From assembly GCA_022813965.1 (NCBI GenBank), contig JALDZS010000039.1, positions 62,001 through 126,000 on the forward strand: DNA of 64,000 bases, written 5' to 3'. Shown here piece by piece: positions 24,231 through 36,613 of the stretch. A model generated the notes under the pieces. The model was given only the letters and a program-made list of their open reading frames with translations, made no database searches and was not told the DNA's origin. Numbering within the stretch: position 1 is the stretch's first letter; each line of letters opens with the position of its first letter. The DNA comes from Toensbergia leucococca. Taxonomy: Eukaryota. The position numbers were made by a program, and so were the translations under genes.

Positions 24231-25990
24231 AGGTATCGGCAAATCGATGGTTGGTGGATGGTTGTAGGAGTGAGAGGCACCCTTCTGGTGGGGCGGCGTC
24301 GCAATCCATAACACATGGACCCGGGGGCCGACTAAAGTAGCGTGTCTCGAGCTTTAGGCGATAAAGGACAATTACTGATTTATGGTAGAATAGTAGGTAC
24401 CTACCTAAAAAGCTTCAACTAGGTACTTTATACACGTTGAGACCTTAATACTCGAGCCGCGCATGTATTCTATGACACTCATGATACCAGCTATGTCTGT
24501 TGCCAAACATCATTTGACTGTGATGGACCTTGTAAGGTTTGCAGGGGGTAGAAGGTCAAGTAATCAGGCCTCGTATCAAAAGGATGCAATAAATAGGTAG
24601 GTAGGGCCGTGCTCGTACCTGTATGTATCTTGTGTGCGACACACTGAAACTCTTTGCCCCAGACCAGTCCAGGCCGTGTCACGAGAAGCGGAATGCCAAA
24701 GCATGCATATCATTAATACTCGGTCTGCTGTCTCTATACCCAACAAGCTACGCCGTGAAAATACCCAAATCGCCTTGAGCATGGTCATATCCTCACTTCG
24801 ACGCTAATTACGAAGTCACCTGCATCTGCAAGGGGTGCTGTCAGGTACATGTCCCTTGTACCTCTGGCCAAGTATCCACGGGCTGACTACGGAGTAGTTG
24901 CTGAACAATTGAGCTCATAAGTATTAAACCCACGACATATTTCCGGCGCCCCCACAATGCACGACTATAAGATTATGTCAAGCCGCGTCCAGGAACATTA
25001 ATTGTTATCGACCAAACTCTATTCGGCCCTCGTACATCCAGAATAGAATTTGGAATGAAAAGCCAAAATGCCCCGCTCTTACTCCGTTGCATGTAGAGTA
25101 CGCCAGCAGAGCCGCCCAGCCCCACCACCACAATCGATAAGCGCTGACGAAAAGCTTTAATGTGGAGATAAGGTTCCATCACGCCATGCCGTACTCTCAC
25201 GAGAAGATTGGTCTACAGAGATCACCAGCTATGCCAGAATGAGTTACAATATGTACAATAGGTACTATGAATCGATGCTGGTAGTGTAGAGATTCGCAAA
25301 TGACGCAAGCCAGTGTGGTAGCAATCTACACCGCTATCGCATCCTCAAGACCACTACCCCACACTTGAAACACGCTCCCATGCGAATTCTGGCGTCTTAT
25401 CCTAGCAGAGCCCTATCTCTTGGCATTTTGCTCTCAAGCCACCAATCAACGTGTTTGAAACTGGGGCTAGCTATGTGAATGCCTCGGATACGCAGCCGCA
25501 TCGAGTACAACACAGCTTGAGTGGTTCGGCCGTTGCTCAGTAGACAGTTGAGTGTTAATAATTGACCATTTCAGACAGCACCTCCTTATTCAACAGAACA
25601 ATACAGCTAAAAAAGAATACTTGATGGCTTCTTAGCGAAAATCATCGTGCAGTGAAAATCCCGCCATCGACGCTGATCTTTCGACGTGATCTGTAATATG
25701 GATTCCACCGAGCCACCCTGAATCACCAACTGACAGCTTGAACAAACTTCTCTCAGTGGCTGATCCATACGACTTCATGCTGAGCTGACAAGAGTAGCAT
25801 GGCACTTTGACTCGTCTCTTTCCTAAAACCTCATTCTATTTAACTATACTATTCCCTCATGCTCATAGCCGCTATCTGCTCAAAGTCTTCGCCCAAGCCT
25901 ATTAGCAAAAGGTGCGTCTCAAAAGGAGATTCCAGCGAAACAAGCTCAATTGTTGATCTCCAGAGCCACCTATTTCGGTAACTCCACGAC

Positions 25991-27385
25991 TCACCTCCCT
26001 AAGCTACCTACAACACTCCCCACCATCACCGCCGCCTCCCTCTCCCAGCCTCCTTCCTTTCCGCCTGGCCCCTGACTTCCCCTAATGACGCAATCCCTAA
26101 TACTCTCCCTAACCCGGTCTCTTTGGCTTTTCAGCGTCCTTGCACTCACCCCGCCCCTTGCTACCAGCTCCGCAACCCTGCTCGCTAATCCTTCGGCCAA
26201 ACTACGCCAAAAATACGACGGGAGTGACGCCGTATCTAACGCTCCAAGCAAGGGCTGCAAAAGGTTCTCCGGCACTGCAGGTGGTCCGTCCACGGGTGGG
26301 TTTTTTTGGTCTGGTTGGCCGGCATGAGTTATGGTAGTGAGCAGGTGTCGAGGATGTGCGCTGATGGCTAGGAGAGGATGAGGAGGGGGTTTCACGTTCT
26401 CGAGTAAGGTTTCCAAAGCGACAATATTTTGGCAGCGGGCGGAGACTTCAATGAGTGTGCGGTCGAGGGTAGGAAGTGTGGCAAGTGCTCGGGCCAGGGA
26501 TGCGAGAGAGGATGTCAAAGCTGTGCGGAGGTAAGATTGAAGTGCGGAGAGAAGTAGTGACGGTTGCGACATTTCTGTAGAAGTTGGAGCTGGCGACAGG
26601 AGGTAAAGCGTAAGGAGGGCGGAGGTGGTCCGGGACTTTGTTTCTTCGGTCTGGTTGTAGGTCGGTAAAGTGGACGTTGTGGGGGAAGAGGAAGAAGAAA
26701 GGGAGGACATAGAAAATTCACGGATGATCTGCTGGGCGAGGTCCCGCAGGTTATTCTCTGAAGGGGCGATAACGAATCTTTGCAATGAGGTGATGAGATG
26801 GACTTGGGAGAGTTGTTGGCCTTCCTCGTTTGAGCCAGAGGCAGAAAGTATTTGACGCAGGGTCAGCAGCGAATTAGAGGCGCGGACCATTGCCCGATGA
26901 TCTTCCTTTCTTGCTCCTGTGCGGCTACCCACCTCTGCTATCTGAACCTCAAGTTGCCGGCTGAGCAAGAGACATCGTGCCACAGCTCGGCCAATTTTCA
27001 CCGTCTGCCATAGTCTTTCCACGACAATGCTTACTTGTTCAGCAGCTTCATGTCGCTGGATTACGTCTTTCTCTAGCCTCTGGTATCCATCTGTCAAGCT
27101 TGCCACCTGGGCTTCAACTTCAGCGACGATACGCTGAGAAGCATCGGCCTGATCTTTTGTGTAAGTTAGAAGAGGTATGGCAGATTTGGTGGTCAGCGTG
27201 TCAATATGGGTGTCGATCTCCTGCACGTCAAATAAAACCCGTGAAAGTGGAGTATTGAGATCTAAGGGCGTATCGGACGGGTTATTGGTCAATGTGACCA
27301 AGCTATTCGCAAAAGATGTCGGAGAGAAGTTGGGATCGAGGAAGGCTTCATAGTCGATGTAAGATGGCTCAGACTCAGCCATCAT
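25991..27385 (-). CDS. COG5: Conserved oligomeric Golgi complex subunit 5, intronless, 464 aa
   Basis: The N-terminus PSYIDYEAFLDPNFSPTSFANSLV...DTPLDLNTPLSRVLFDVQEIDTHID and the C-terminal LDTASLPSYFWRSLA / WEREAAVMVGSV are typical of fungal Cog5. Confidence 0.92.
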   Translation of the reverse strand: MMAESEPSYIDYEAFLDPNFSPTSFANSLVTLTNNPSDTPLDLNTPLSRVLFDVQEIDTHIDTLTTKSAIPLLTYTKDQADASQRIVAEVEAQVASLTDGYQRLEKDVIQRHEAAEQVSIVVERLWQTVKIGRAVARCLLLSRQLEVQIAEVGSRTGARKEDHRAMVRASNSLLTLRQILSASGSNEEGQQLSQVHLITSLQRFVIAPSENNLRDLAQQIIREFSMSSLSSSSSPTTSTLPTYNQTEETKSRTTSALLTLYLLSPAPTSTEMSQPSLLLSALQSYLRTALTSSLASLARALATLPTLDRTLIEVSARCQNIVALETLLENVKPPPHPLLAISAHPRHLLTTITHAGQPDQKNPPVDGPPAVPENLLQPLLGALDTASLPSYFWRSLAEGLASRVAELVARGGVSARTLKSQRDRVRESIRDCVIRGSQGPGGKEGGWEREAAVMVGSVVGSLGR

Positions 27386-29057
27386 TGAAGGTGGGAATGC
27401 TATTTAGGGATGGGGAAGCTTATTGGCTTTCTTACCATCACCGTTCGAAGTCACAATTAATCAATCCGAGTGGAAGTCGCATCCTAATTAATTAGTCGAA
27501 TTAATTTACTCATATTAATTGAACTTCTCGTACTTCTGAACAATGCTATCTTTAATTTCTTCTGATACTCGGTATACATGTATGGACAAAACAAAGACAA
27601 TCGAGGAGTTCAAAATTCCTCTCGTCACACATAGAATATTTGGCCACTGCAAAAGAGTACCGTACCGACCTTCCGATTGCTGAAACTCCTGTGCGACATC
27701 CAGTTCTCAAGTCTCACATTTCACGCCATCGCAAGAGGCTCTTACACATGCTCAACCTACTGACATCGTCAGGAGACTCAACTCTGCATTCCATATGCTT
27801 TATCCATGTTGCTGACCCTGCCCCCACTCAGTGAGACAAGAAAAAAGGATAATTTTCTGGCAATGTTTCCCATGTCACTTCCTCGGCTCCTGAGCTTCCA
27901 AATTGAAGTCCGCCATGAATGTCCCGAAGAACCACTTTCTCCTCTTCTAAGACATACCCACCACCACGAGCATATCAAGCATGCTCATTATCCAGCAGGT
28001 CCAGATCCCACCCCGAGCATGGATCCTCAGCATCGATTGCATAGACCCAACATTAACGAATCTTCTCCGGACTTCAAAAACTCCAACATGTTTATAATGC
28101 TTTCATTCAGTTCCGAGGCTCCGAGCCCCAAGACCGGGAGAGAAATAGGTCATTTATCAGTTCCTCTAAACACACAAATTGATCCTGGTGCGTTAAGGAG
28201 ACTCGAGACATCAATGAGCAGCAGTGATTTAACTACAATTAGAGAACAACGCAACCTTTCCTCGCCATCCGCGTACTGGCCGCTAAATCAGCGCTCAATA
28301 TGAAGGGATTACTAATGCATCCCTTTCCTACGAGGGAATAGAGAATACTGTATGCTCCGTATATCTTGTCTTTCCGCCCGATCAATGGGCTCCGAAGCCA
28401 CGGGATCCGGTCATGACACCTGGACGAGAAAGGGTAGATATCCGGCTTCGGGATGGAGAGGTTGATTTCGAGGACTCGAACGGGAAGTGGTATCAAGCTG
28501 AACGACCGATTGAGAGTCTCGAATGTGTCGTAGAATGACCGCAAACCAACGAGATTATGATTCTCAAATGAAGAGATCCGCTGGATACGCCCAACCGAAC
28601 CAATTGGAGAGTTAGTCGCTATTTATGCATCACACCCCAGGCTGCAAAAATCATCTTAAGTTGTGGATGTTTAAATCTTAATGAATCCAAAGCTACTTCA
28701 TAGCTGTTTCATGTTGAATTCGAAACCCGTTCTGAAATCGGGCTCCGTGCACCAGAAGTATTTGTGATAGCCTCTTCGTACTAAAATTCTTGCAAGTTTC
28801 CGGGAAACTCGTGCTAGCAGGAAGTTTGAGATTGATTGACCCTTTATGGGTCTTATCGCTGAGCATCTAAATCTTGCTGATTCCCAGCGATTGGCTATGA
28901 GTGACGCTAGGTCGGGATAACATGAATCAACTCTGATCGGGGCCGTGCTCAGAAGCCCTAGCCAACGGCTCCACAGATGTCTTGAAGGACTTTTTTTTGT
29001 TCAAGGTAAATCGTCAAGCTGCAGATCTTAGAGGAGACATCGTGATCCGGAGAGATA

Positions 29058-29792
29058 TCAGACACTGCCGTTAGTAACCTCCATCCCAACCATCTCATAC
29101 GCTCCAGCACCATCTCTTCCTTTTCCTCTTCCTCTACCCCTGGTATGGCCAATTACATCTTCAGCATCATCAACTGTCCCACCATTACTCTTTGTCTGGC
29201 TTGAAGTACCTCCAGTATTAGCACCGAAACTCATAGGACGTAATTCTCGCCATTGGCAACTCCAGATACCCAAGGTCGTCATCAATGCAGCACTCGCAAC
29301 CTGTAGTAGCCACCATAGCCAATTGGAAGGGAGAGACTTTGAATAAACGGACGTGATAATGAAATGTAGGACGTGGATAGTGAGAACGAAGTCAAGAATG
29401 AGCTTTGATCGCGAGACGAGAAGGAGTAGGAAGATGACACTGAGGAAAATGGGTGTCAGCAAGATGTTTTCGTTGATCATAGCTCAGTCTTGCGCGGCGG
29501 AGTATCAAAGCAGGAGAATGCAAGACACTAGGATATCCACATACCCAAGAAAACTGTCGAGCATCCAACATAGTCCCAACGTCCATCCAACGGTGGTGTC
29601 ACCCCTCAAGCTTCGCCAGCTCAGAATCAGATCAAGCGAGAATGGCTTGCCAGCGGCTAGAACAGTGAAAAGGATCAAAACGGTAGCGCACGTGTAGTAG
29701 GCTGCCTGCAAAAGTATGATTTGAGTCAAGATCTTCAAAGGCGGTGAATCTGCTAGAGCGCCTGCTCTGGGTGGCCGTTTGCGCCGTTGCAT
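29058..29792 (-). CDS. SYS1: Golgi integral membrane protein Sys1; 2 exons, ~209 aa
   Basis: ATG 29792 (MQRRKRPPRAGALADSPPLKILTQIILLQ) and intron 29440-29544. Motifs RSKLILDFVLTIH, LPSNWLWW, CQWRELRPMSFG; four hydrophobic segments. Confidence 0.92.
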
Positions 29793-30569
29793 GAATGTAG
29801 GAATATCTATTGGGAATGGTCCAACAGAAAGACCATCATAGCATGCAAACGATGTGGAGTACCGACTACTTGTGCGACGTGACAATGAAGGCCAATGGGT
29901 GTCTACCTAGAATACTCCACCTACTGCATAAATTTGGTGGCCTGCGATCCTGGCTCCTTGGCTCACTAGCCTTGACGCCACCAACGGTAAGGTATTCGGA
30001 TCGGTACCTACCTTACTCCATACGGAGTATGCTAGTTGTATTCATTGAGCTGGCAATAAGGTTCTAATTCCTTGAATGTTACAGAGCTTCATTGGTACAT
30101 ACTTGCGACGTAATCGTTTGTTAAATATTGAAAGAGCAGGCACTTGGCCTCATCTGAGCACATAAAGGGCATAAGGATACCTTGTCTCTCGATATTCTTA
30201 GTGTACCAGTGAAACCGACGTTCAATTCTCACATCATTCCATCTAGAAGCCGAATTCAAGTCAAGCAGAGAATACAATCTTCTTTTACGTCTCAATAGGA
30301 GGATACTATAATCTTTTTGGACGCATAAGGTACGACTCTTTCATTCGAGCCTTCATATCTTACAAATCAACTTCACAAGTCATCCCACGTATGTAGACAG
30401 ACTGACCTCGATTGTCTCAAATGAATACCCTCCACAACTATTCTAGTTGTTACTCTACAAAACGCCCCACCGTCGCCGCAAACCGGGCCTTTTTTATATT
30501 GCAGTATCCGCCTTAGTTGCCGCATAGTTTCAACGTCTCAAGCTTACGCCCATCAAGATAGAAGAGCGG

Positions 30570-31708
30570 TTAGGGTACTGGCAAGAATTGGCCTGAGATC
30601 TTGTCGCAGAACAAGTCTTGTGAGGGTGGTTGAAGGGAACCCAATTTCATTAAAGGCGCCTCCCAGACTATCCCGACGTCCGAAGTACAACAAGCCTGGG
30701 ACACATAAGTGCAATTGCACGGGCAAGCTGCACCGGCTAGACTCGCGGAATCTGCTGTCAGGCTAACGGTTGCGTTGCCGGAAGATTTGGTGCTGAGCCC
30801 GACTTCCTGCAGCTCCCGTCCACTGTCGTAATGGATATACGGAATCTTGCATGATCCAGTGAAGAACCCTGAACCGGTCCCTTGCCAAGGGTCAGCTATG
30901 CATGAGCAGCCATCGTCGCCAGAACAAAGATGCATTGGCCCTGAACAATACTGCCCGCACACTTCTGTTGTCGACTTGGGGTTGGTAGCAGCTTCCGGCT
31001 TTGTAGGCGTACCGGGACCAGTGCCAGGTCCGGGCTTGACATTTGGGGGATTTGGTTTACGGGGATCTAGCCCGGTGTAGTCGAAAAGTGTGCCTGTTTC
31101 CATGGCTTCGTTGACACGCTGGCTGAAGAGACTGCCCGGTGCGAACAAAATAAGATTGAGTAGGTCATTATTACCTGTCTATCTTGAGTGCTGATAGTTC
31201 CACTAAAATTATGTCTTATATCTTACCGGTCCAATCACGCCCCCCAGATAGACACGTGTGAATAACTTGTGCACCTGCGATAGATATATCGATATAAGTT
31301 CCAGTATCATACCATGGCGTCCCGATGGCATCAAATCTAGGTATTAGTATGGCGTTGCACTGTCCTGCAGTTGAACGTAAACACGAGCATTCTTTGGCGA
31401 GCCTGAGATTGATACTTACCAGCTTGCCACTTCATGGGAAGATCCATTTTGTTTCTCCATTGGGTTGAGGTGATATCTTGGGGCCGCCTCCTAACGTCAG
31501 GCGTTTTAAAGCAACGAGATTTGCGATCGATGGCCATAAGTCCCCGGTATCCATCGGCCAAGTTACCTCTTACAATCAGCCAACAGTCCAAGACGTTCGG
31601 ATTGCCGTAGAGAGCTGCATCGCAAACGGGTGTTGCGGAAACCAATGACGGGCACAAAAGCAGCAAAACAAGAGATATCGAAACAAGTCGTGATTCATGT
31701 CTAACCAT
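30570..31708 (-). CDS. Secreted cysteine-rich two-domain protein (effector candidate); 3 exons, ~343 aa
   Basis: ATG 31708, signal peptide ...SISLVLLLLCPSLVSA. Introns at 31365-31419 and 31175-31226 restore one frame. N-domain CDAALYGNPNVLDC...LPMKWQAGQC...C..GG...G, Pro/Gly linker, C-domain CGQYC...CSCIADP...ACPCNCTYVSQACC. Confidence 0.82.
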
Positions 31709-34185
31709 TTCCTCCAGGACAGCTCGCGCAAACTCAGGTAGGTGGACACGAATGCTCGGAACGATAGAGATCAGAAAACAGATGCACAAATTGACAACAT
31801 GAAGCAAGCCCGGCCTAAATAAACATCGGAGAAAATGCTTTGCTACTACTGGCGCAGCAATTCTTTATCTATCTTCATAGAACAACCACGGATAGCGGAT
31901 GTACTAGGAGCAGTCTGCGCAACGTGCGCCTATACGTGATTGCGGATGTCCCTCCGGCAGTCCGCACAAGATATGCTTCTACCGAGCTGCTTCGAGCTGC
32001 AGGAGCCTCCCACGTGGCATATGAAGCTAAGCTTGATCTTGCTATATTTTGGAGCTGGGTGGTGATGTAGATGCCTAGTCATCGTAGCTGGATTAAAAGT
32101 AACCTTTCCGCGAATTTGATCCGAGTAGTCAAGAACAGAAAACATGGTGCCACTGGTTTACCTAGGTAGTGTCTTCGACAAGGCACCTCACTGTGCGCAT
32201 AGTTTGGAGCAGGGTCTGAAACAAAATTGTCACACCGAGTGACGAAGAGCTTAGCATACCTGAGAAATCTTGGCTCAAGAGCCAGTGGCTATAGCTTAAT
32301 CGGCAAATATATGTGAGAGCTCTGACCCTTGAATTCAAAGTTCTCGCTATTCTCTTGAGGGAAGACGTAGCAAGCTTTGAATTTACGATGAGGGTGTTAG
32401 CAGAATGAATAGGAACACTACCTGGGTATCGCTTACTCCGTGACACTGTTAGATTTGGAGTAAAGAACTTCCCGCTGGCTCGTGGTAGCCCCCTTGGCCT
32501 TATATGTAATGAATGGCATCCATCATTTTCTTATCCTACTTATTTCCCTCAACTTATCCTTCTTTGAGTTTCCTTGAAGATCCACAGAGCTGCTGGTCTT
32601 GGTCCTGGCGTCGTACGGAGTATTGGATCCGGGCCTTGTGCAGTAATGCTACGAGGTAAGCACTTGGAGGTGAGGTGGCGTGGTACTCGAGGGTAGATTC
32701 GAAATGGAGGGATCGGTCGCACCCCATTTGCGGTACTGGGGTCCAACGTAATAACAGTGATGGCAGTGACGTTCAATGGCGGAATTATGATTTGGGCGTG
32801 GTGCTCCGAGGAAGTATGGCTGATTTCTTGGTTACATAATTTGGAAGCCGATGCACGATGCCCTTTATCATACTCTCTGTGCAGTACATTAGCATACAGT
32901 GACTGTCGCTTATCAATGGTTTGTCAAGGTCATTGCACATACGAATTCCCAGAGTAAAACATTCCACCAATGAAGTCAGCTATACTGTTAAGCCCGCAGT
33001 CTTTCCAGAGCCCAGGGTTTGGGATCAGTATGTTCGCCTTCTACCAAGACCCAGAGGACTTGCAAGAAGAAAAAGCTATTCCCGCTGTGGTAGCCCACCA
33101 GAAGATCGACTGTGCATAAAGTGGTAATGTCCACACAACGCAAATCTGTTCGAGAGGATTAGACCACTTCTCTGTTGAGTCTCAATAGATAGCCCATAAG
33201 TAAAAAATAGTGAAAATATATGCTAGGGTTATCTTCCACAGACTATTAGGTGTAGCAAAGCAGAGGTGACAGGAAGATCGCAGTTAACTGCTACAAGCTG
33301 CAAGGATTTGTAGAATGATTGGATTTCTGCCGTTTGCCTGAAACAAAGCAAGGTTTGAAAAGCAATCATGAAACAGCATGCACGAAATAGCATTTAGCTT
33401 TTGAAAATTCAATCAGGTCGCTAATCATGGTTGGCAGGTACGTCTTCAGTTCATCTTGAAGGCGATGAGCAGTAAAGACTGCTGTCTGTCCGTTGAAGAA
33501 AAGAGTACGCGACATGTTGAACAACGCAAACAATGTTAAAGGATGCGCATATCCTATGAGAGTGATCCCGATTTATATCCAGTAAAGAAGTATTTAGCGG
33601 AAATTCTAGCTCATGCTAAACCCTATACTCGTCAGTGGAACATGCCCCAATTCCACTGATATCTGGATTAACATTTACATCCATCGAGAATCATAGCTCT
33701 GTCATACACTGATAAGCTGCAGTAGTAGATGCGATGGGTTCTCTCTGCTCAAGGGGGAACGCTCGTCATACACTACCTTCCTACCTGTCTACCGCTGGCC
33801 AGAAATTACAAGCAGTAACAGATTCGCCAGACGTGTTTAAAGCTTTTAAAACAGTGGATGTGATAGCTCGTGACATGGTGTTCATATTCCAGCAATTCCA
33901 ATTGTGCTTGGCAATTTGACATTCTGTGTGTATGCAGATACTATGACAGAGAGGTAGGATGGGACGGGAGACGGTAAGCGTATCGGTGCAATTGAGAAAT
34001 GCTGCTTGATACTAGCAACGGTATGCTCTCTATCGAACAAAGGATGAAAAGAAAATTCAAAGTGGCTCGTGGCTGAGGAGCTGTGGCGTTAGAACTAAAT
34101 ACTCCACCTCTCTCGCAGAGTACCTCCCAAAAAAACCTCCTCGTAAATCTACCCTCATCAACCCCCCTACAAATAATCCCAATCA

Positions 34186-34639
34186 ATGGGCCTTGTCTCC
34201 ACAACCTCCCAATCCCTCACTACTCAAATCCCTTCCACAACCGCCCCCAGCGCACCCAACCGCTCTGCCCGCGCCTCCTGCTGGGCCTCCCGCGACGCCT
34301 TCTTCGCCTGCCTAGACGCGAACAACATTACCGACAGCATCAAAGACGCAGAAGGTGCAAACAGAGTGTGCGCGAAGGAGAATGAGATTCTGGGGAGGGA
34401 TTGTGCTGCTAGCTGGGTATGTTTCCTGACTTTCTCTGTAACGAGGTTCTGTGAAACGGGCGGGAAGGAGCTTGATCTGAGGCTAACCTCTCGGGATCGG
34501 GGGGGAGTAGGTGACTTATTTCAAGCAGAGGAGGGTTATGGAGTTTAATAAGAAGCAAACGCTGGAGAGGCTGAAGGCGGAGGGAGCGAGGCCTATGCCC
34601 GATGGGCTGGGACCGCCCAAGGGACCTGCCGGGGCATAG
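34186..34639 (+). CDS. COA6: Cytochrome c oxidase assembly factor 6 (COX6B family); 2 exons, 119 aa
   Basis: Intron at 34417-34510. PNRSARASCWASRDAFFACLD...C...CAASWVTYFKQRR carries the CX9C-CX10C pattern. Confidence 0.92.
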
Positions 34640-35206
34640 AGAGGGTGGAATGGTGGAGCATGGGGGATGGGTTGATAAATGTCACTTATGAATCTGAAGC
34701 ATAGGTCGGTCATGTGTGCATGGTTAGGGCGTCTTTGTCTGTGTATCTTATACATATGGAATTAGGCAAGGGAAGCAATAGTGTAGATTAGTTAAGGATG
34801 TCACAATGCAGGGAATGAGCTGTGAACCATTATCGGATTTCTTCGCAAGACGTTGTGCTTTGGAGCAAGCCATTACGCTGTAGAAGCAGTCATGTACCGC
34901 CAGCCCATGTTCCGTATGCTCCCGTGACCCTTGGCTCCCTCGAAAGTCCGCCGAACCCTAGACACCAGTGTATGAGCTCAGCCATTATGTAGAGCAGGCA
35001 CGCTCTGCCGTGAGCAAAGAATCTTTGATCAAGACCAGGCAGCCTCGTACTCTATGCCATGACAGAGCCAACCAGCAAGTAAGTGCGCCAGATATGATAC
35101 CACCATCTAGTTGAACCTTTCATACCTAGCATGATTCCCAAGTAGCGACCTTACAAACTCAACTCCAGTCCTCAGTTCATCATAACCACGTAGATGGCGC
35201 GTTAGT

Positions 35207-36613
35207 CTAGGTCTTGAAAGCCCGATCTAGCACTCTTAAAGCTCGCATGTCCTCGCCGAATCCAAGCTTTTCGTTTGGAATATCCTTCGGTCCGTCCTTC
35301 TTCTGTGTCCCGCCGGGGCTTCTGCTGCCTGATCGCCCACTTTGATCGCTCTTCGCATCGGTATTATCGGCAGACGATCCGTTCATGAGCGCACCGATGC
35401 TTGGAAAATTACTTGCTTGGGACGTACCATTCTCGCGCATGAGTCCTGGATCGAATCTTTCTTGTTTGGCCGGCAGGGGTGAAGGCGATCTAGAGTGGAT
35501 GGAGTTTTGGGGAGGACGCTGTTGATTTAGTGGCAAAGGGGTCATTAGTTGAGGATCAATTTTCGACATTGGCGGGGTGGAGGATGGATCCTGTGCCTGT
35601 GCGGCTTGCTGTTGTGCGTACAAGACCGACTGCGGTCCACGAGGAGCAGGGTTTCCCATGTACTGCCCCATTCCGTTATTTGAGTTCGAGCTTCGGTGAT
35701 GATGAGTTGGAGGCGGCGGGTGCGGCAGATTGTCTGGGTGAGATGAAGGTGCTCGGTCATAAACAGATGATACGGATGTCTGTGTTTCAGGAGGAGCTGA
35801 TTGACTGTATGATAGTGGTGAATGACCGTTAATTCCTGGTGGTGGAGGTGGAAGGCTGTTATTCGGTCCATATTGGTAGTAAGAACCATGTATTGGCGGT
35901 ATTGGCGGTGGCGTCGACGGCCAGTTATATCCGGGTTGTTGGGCGTAGCTTAGTGGATGAGGTGGACCAGAGCGAGCGTAACCTGCCATTTGTGGAACCG
36001 TCGAATAGAGCGCACCAAGCATAGGTGACCGGGTGACTGCTGGGATGTTTTGTTGCTCCTGAACCGTAGATTCGGGATACATTCCTTTTTGTGGGCGTAT
36101 ATGCCGTAGCGCAGGGTCGCTAGTAGGATGGTTAAGCCCAGGGACATTAGGGTGCGAGCGTGCATAATAGCTGATTAGATGCAAGTGATTCGCTGCCGAT
36201 GTCGTGATACTGAATGACTGCTTCATCAGCCCATCTGGCTTATATCTGTATCCATCAGGACCATCATCCCCGGCGCCCTCTAGATCTGAATCGCTTCCTC
36301 GAGTGCTATCTGGAGTTTTCCCGGCTCTTGCTACTCCAAGCTGAGCGAACCCACTACCGCCACGTTTCCCTTCCATTTCTCGGTAGGTCAAGAAGGACCC
36401 AGATACCCTGCTGGCACTCCATGATTTCCCATCGGTCCATCTTCGCATCCCTGCTTCGCGCTCATCCCAGACGAACACCGAACCTGACTTGATGGATTGA
36501 CGCTCTTTTTCCGAAAGCCTACGTTGTACTCGAGGTAAAAGACCGAGGCGGCATGCTTCGAACAAAATGATTGCATCTGCTGGTGTCCGCACATGGCCGT
36601 TGTAGGTCTCCAT
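35207..36613 (-). CDS. pac2: Gti1/Pac2 (WOPR) family transcription regulator, Pac2 type
   Basis: METYNGHVRTPADAIILFEACRLGLLPRVQRRLSEKERQSIKSGSVFVWDEREAGMRRWTDGKSWSASRVSGSFLTYREMEG; WOPRb YKPDGLMKQSFSIT; C-terminal EDMRALRVLDRAF. First ATG at 36613. Confidence 0.95.
   Translation of the reverse strand: METYNGHVRTPADAIILFEACRLGLLPRVQRRLSEKERQSIKSGSVFVWDEREAGMRRWTDGKSWSASRVSGSFLTYREMEGKRGGSGFAQLGVARAGKTPDSTRGSDSDLEGAGDDGPDGYRYKPDGLMKQSFSITTSAANHLHLISYYARSHPNVPGLNHPTSDPALRHIRPQKGMYPESTVQEQQNIPAVTRSPMLGALYSTVPQMAGYARSGPPHPLSYAQQPGYNWPSTPPPIPPIHGSYYQYGPNNSLPPPPPGINGHSPLSYSQSAPPETQTSVSSVYDRAPSSHPDNLPHPPPPTHHHRSSNSNNGMGQYMGNPAPRGPQSVLYAQQQAAQAQDPSSTPPMSKIDPQLMTPLPLNQQRPPQNSIHSRSPSPLPAKQERFDPGLMRENGTSQASNFPSIGALMNGSSADNTDAKSDQSGRSGSRSPGGTQKKDGPKDIPNEKLGFGEDMRALRVLDRAFKT

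Noticed and set aside
27806..28303. 165-aa ATG-initiated ORF between COG5 and SYS1
   Set aside because: No recognisable domain or splice support; it cannot be distinguished from a chance ORF or relic without a search.
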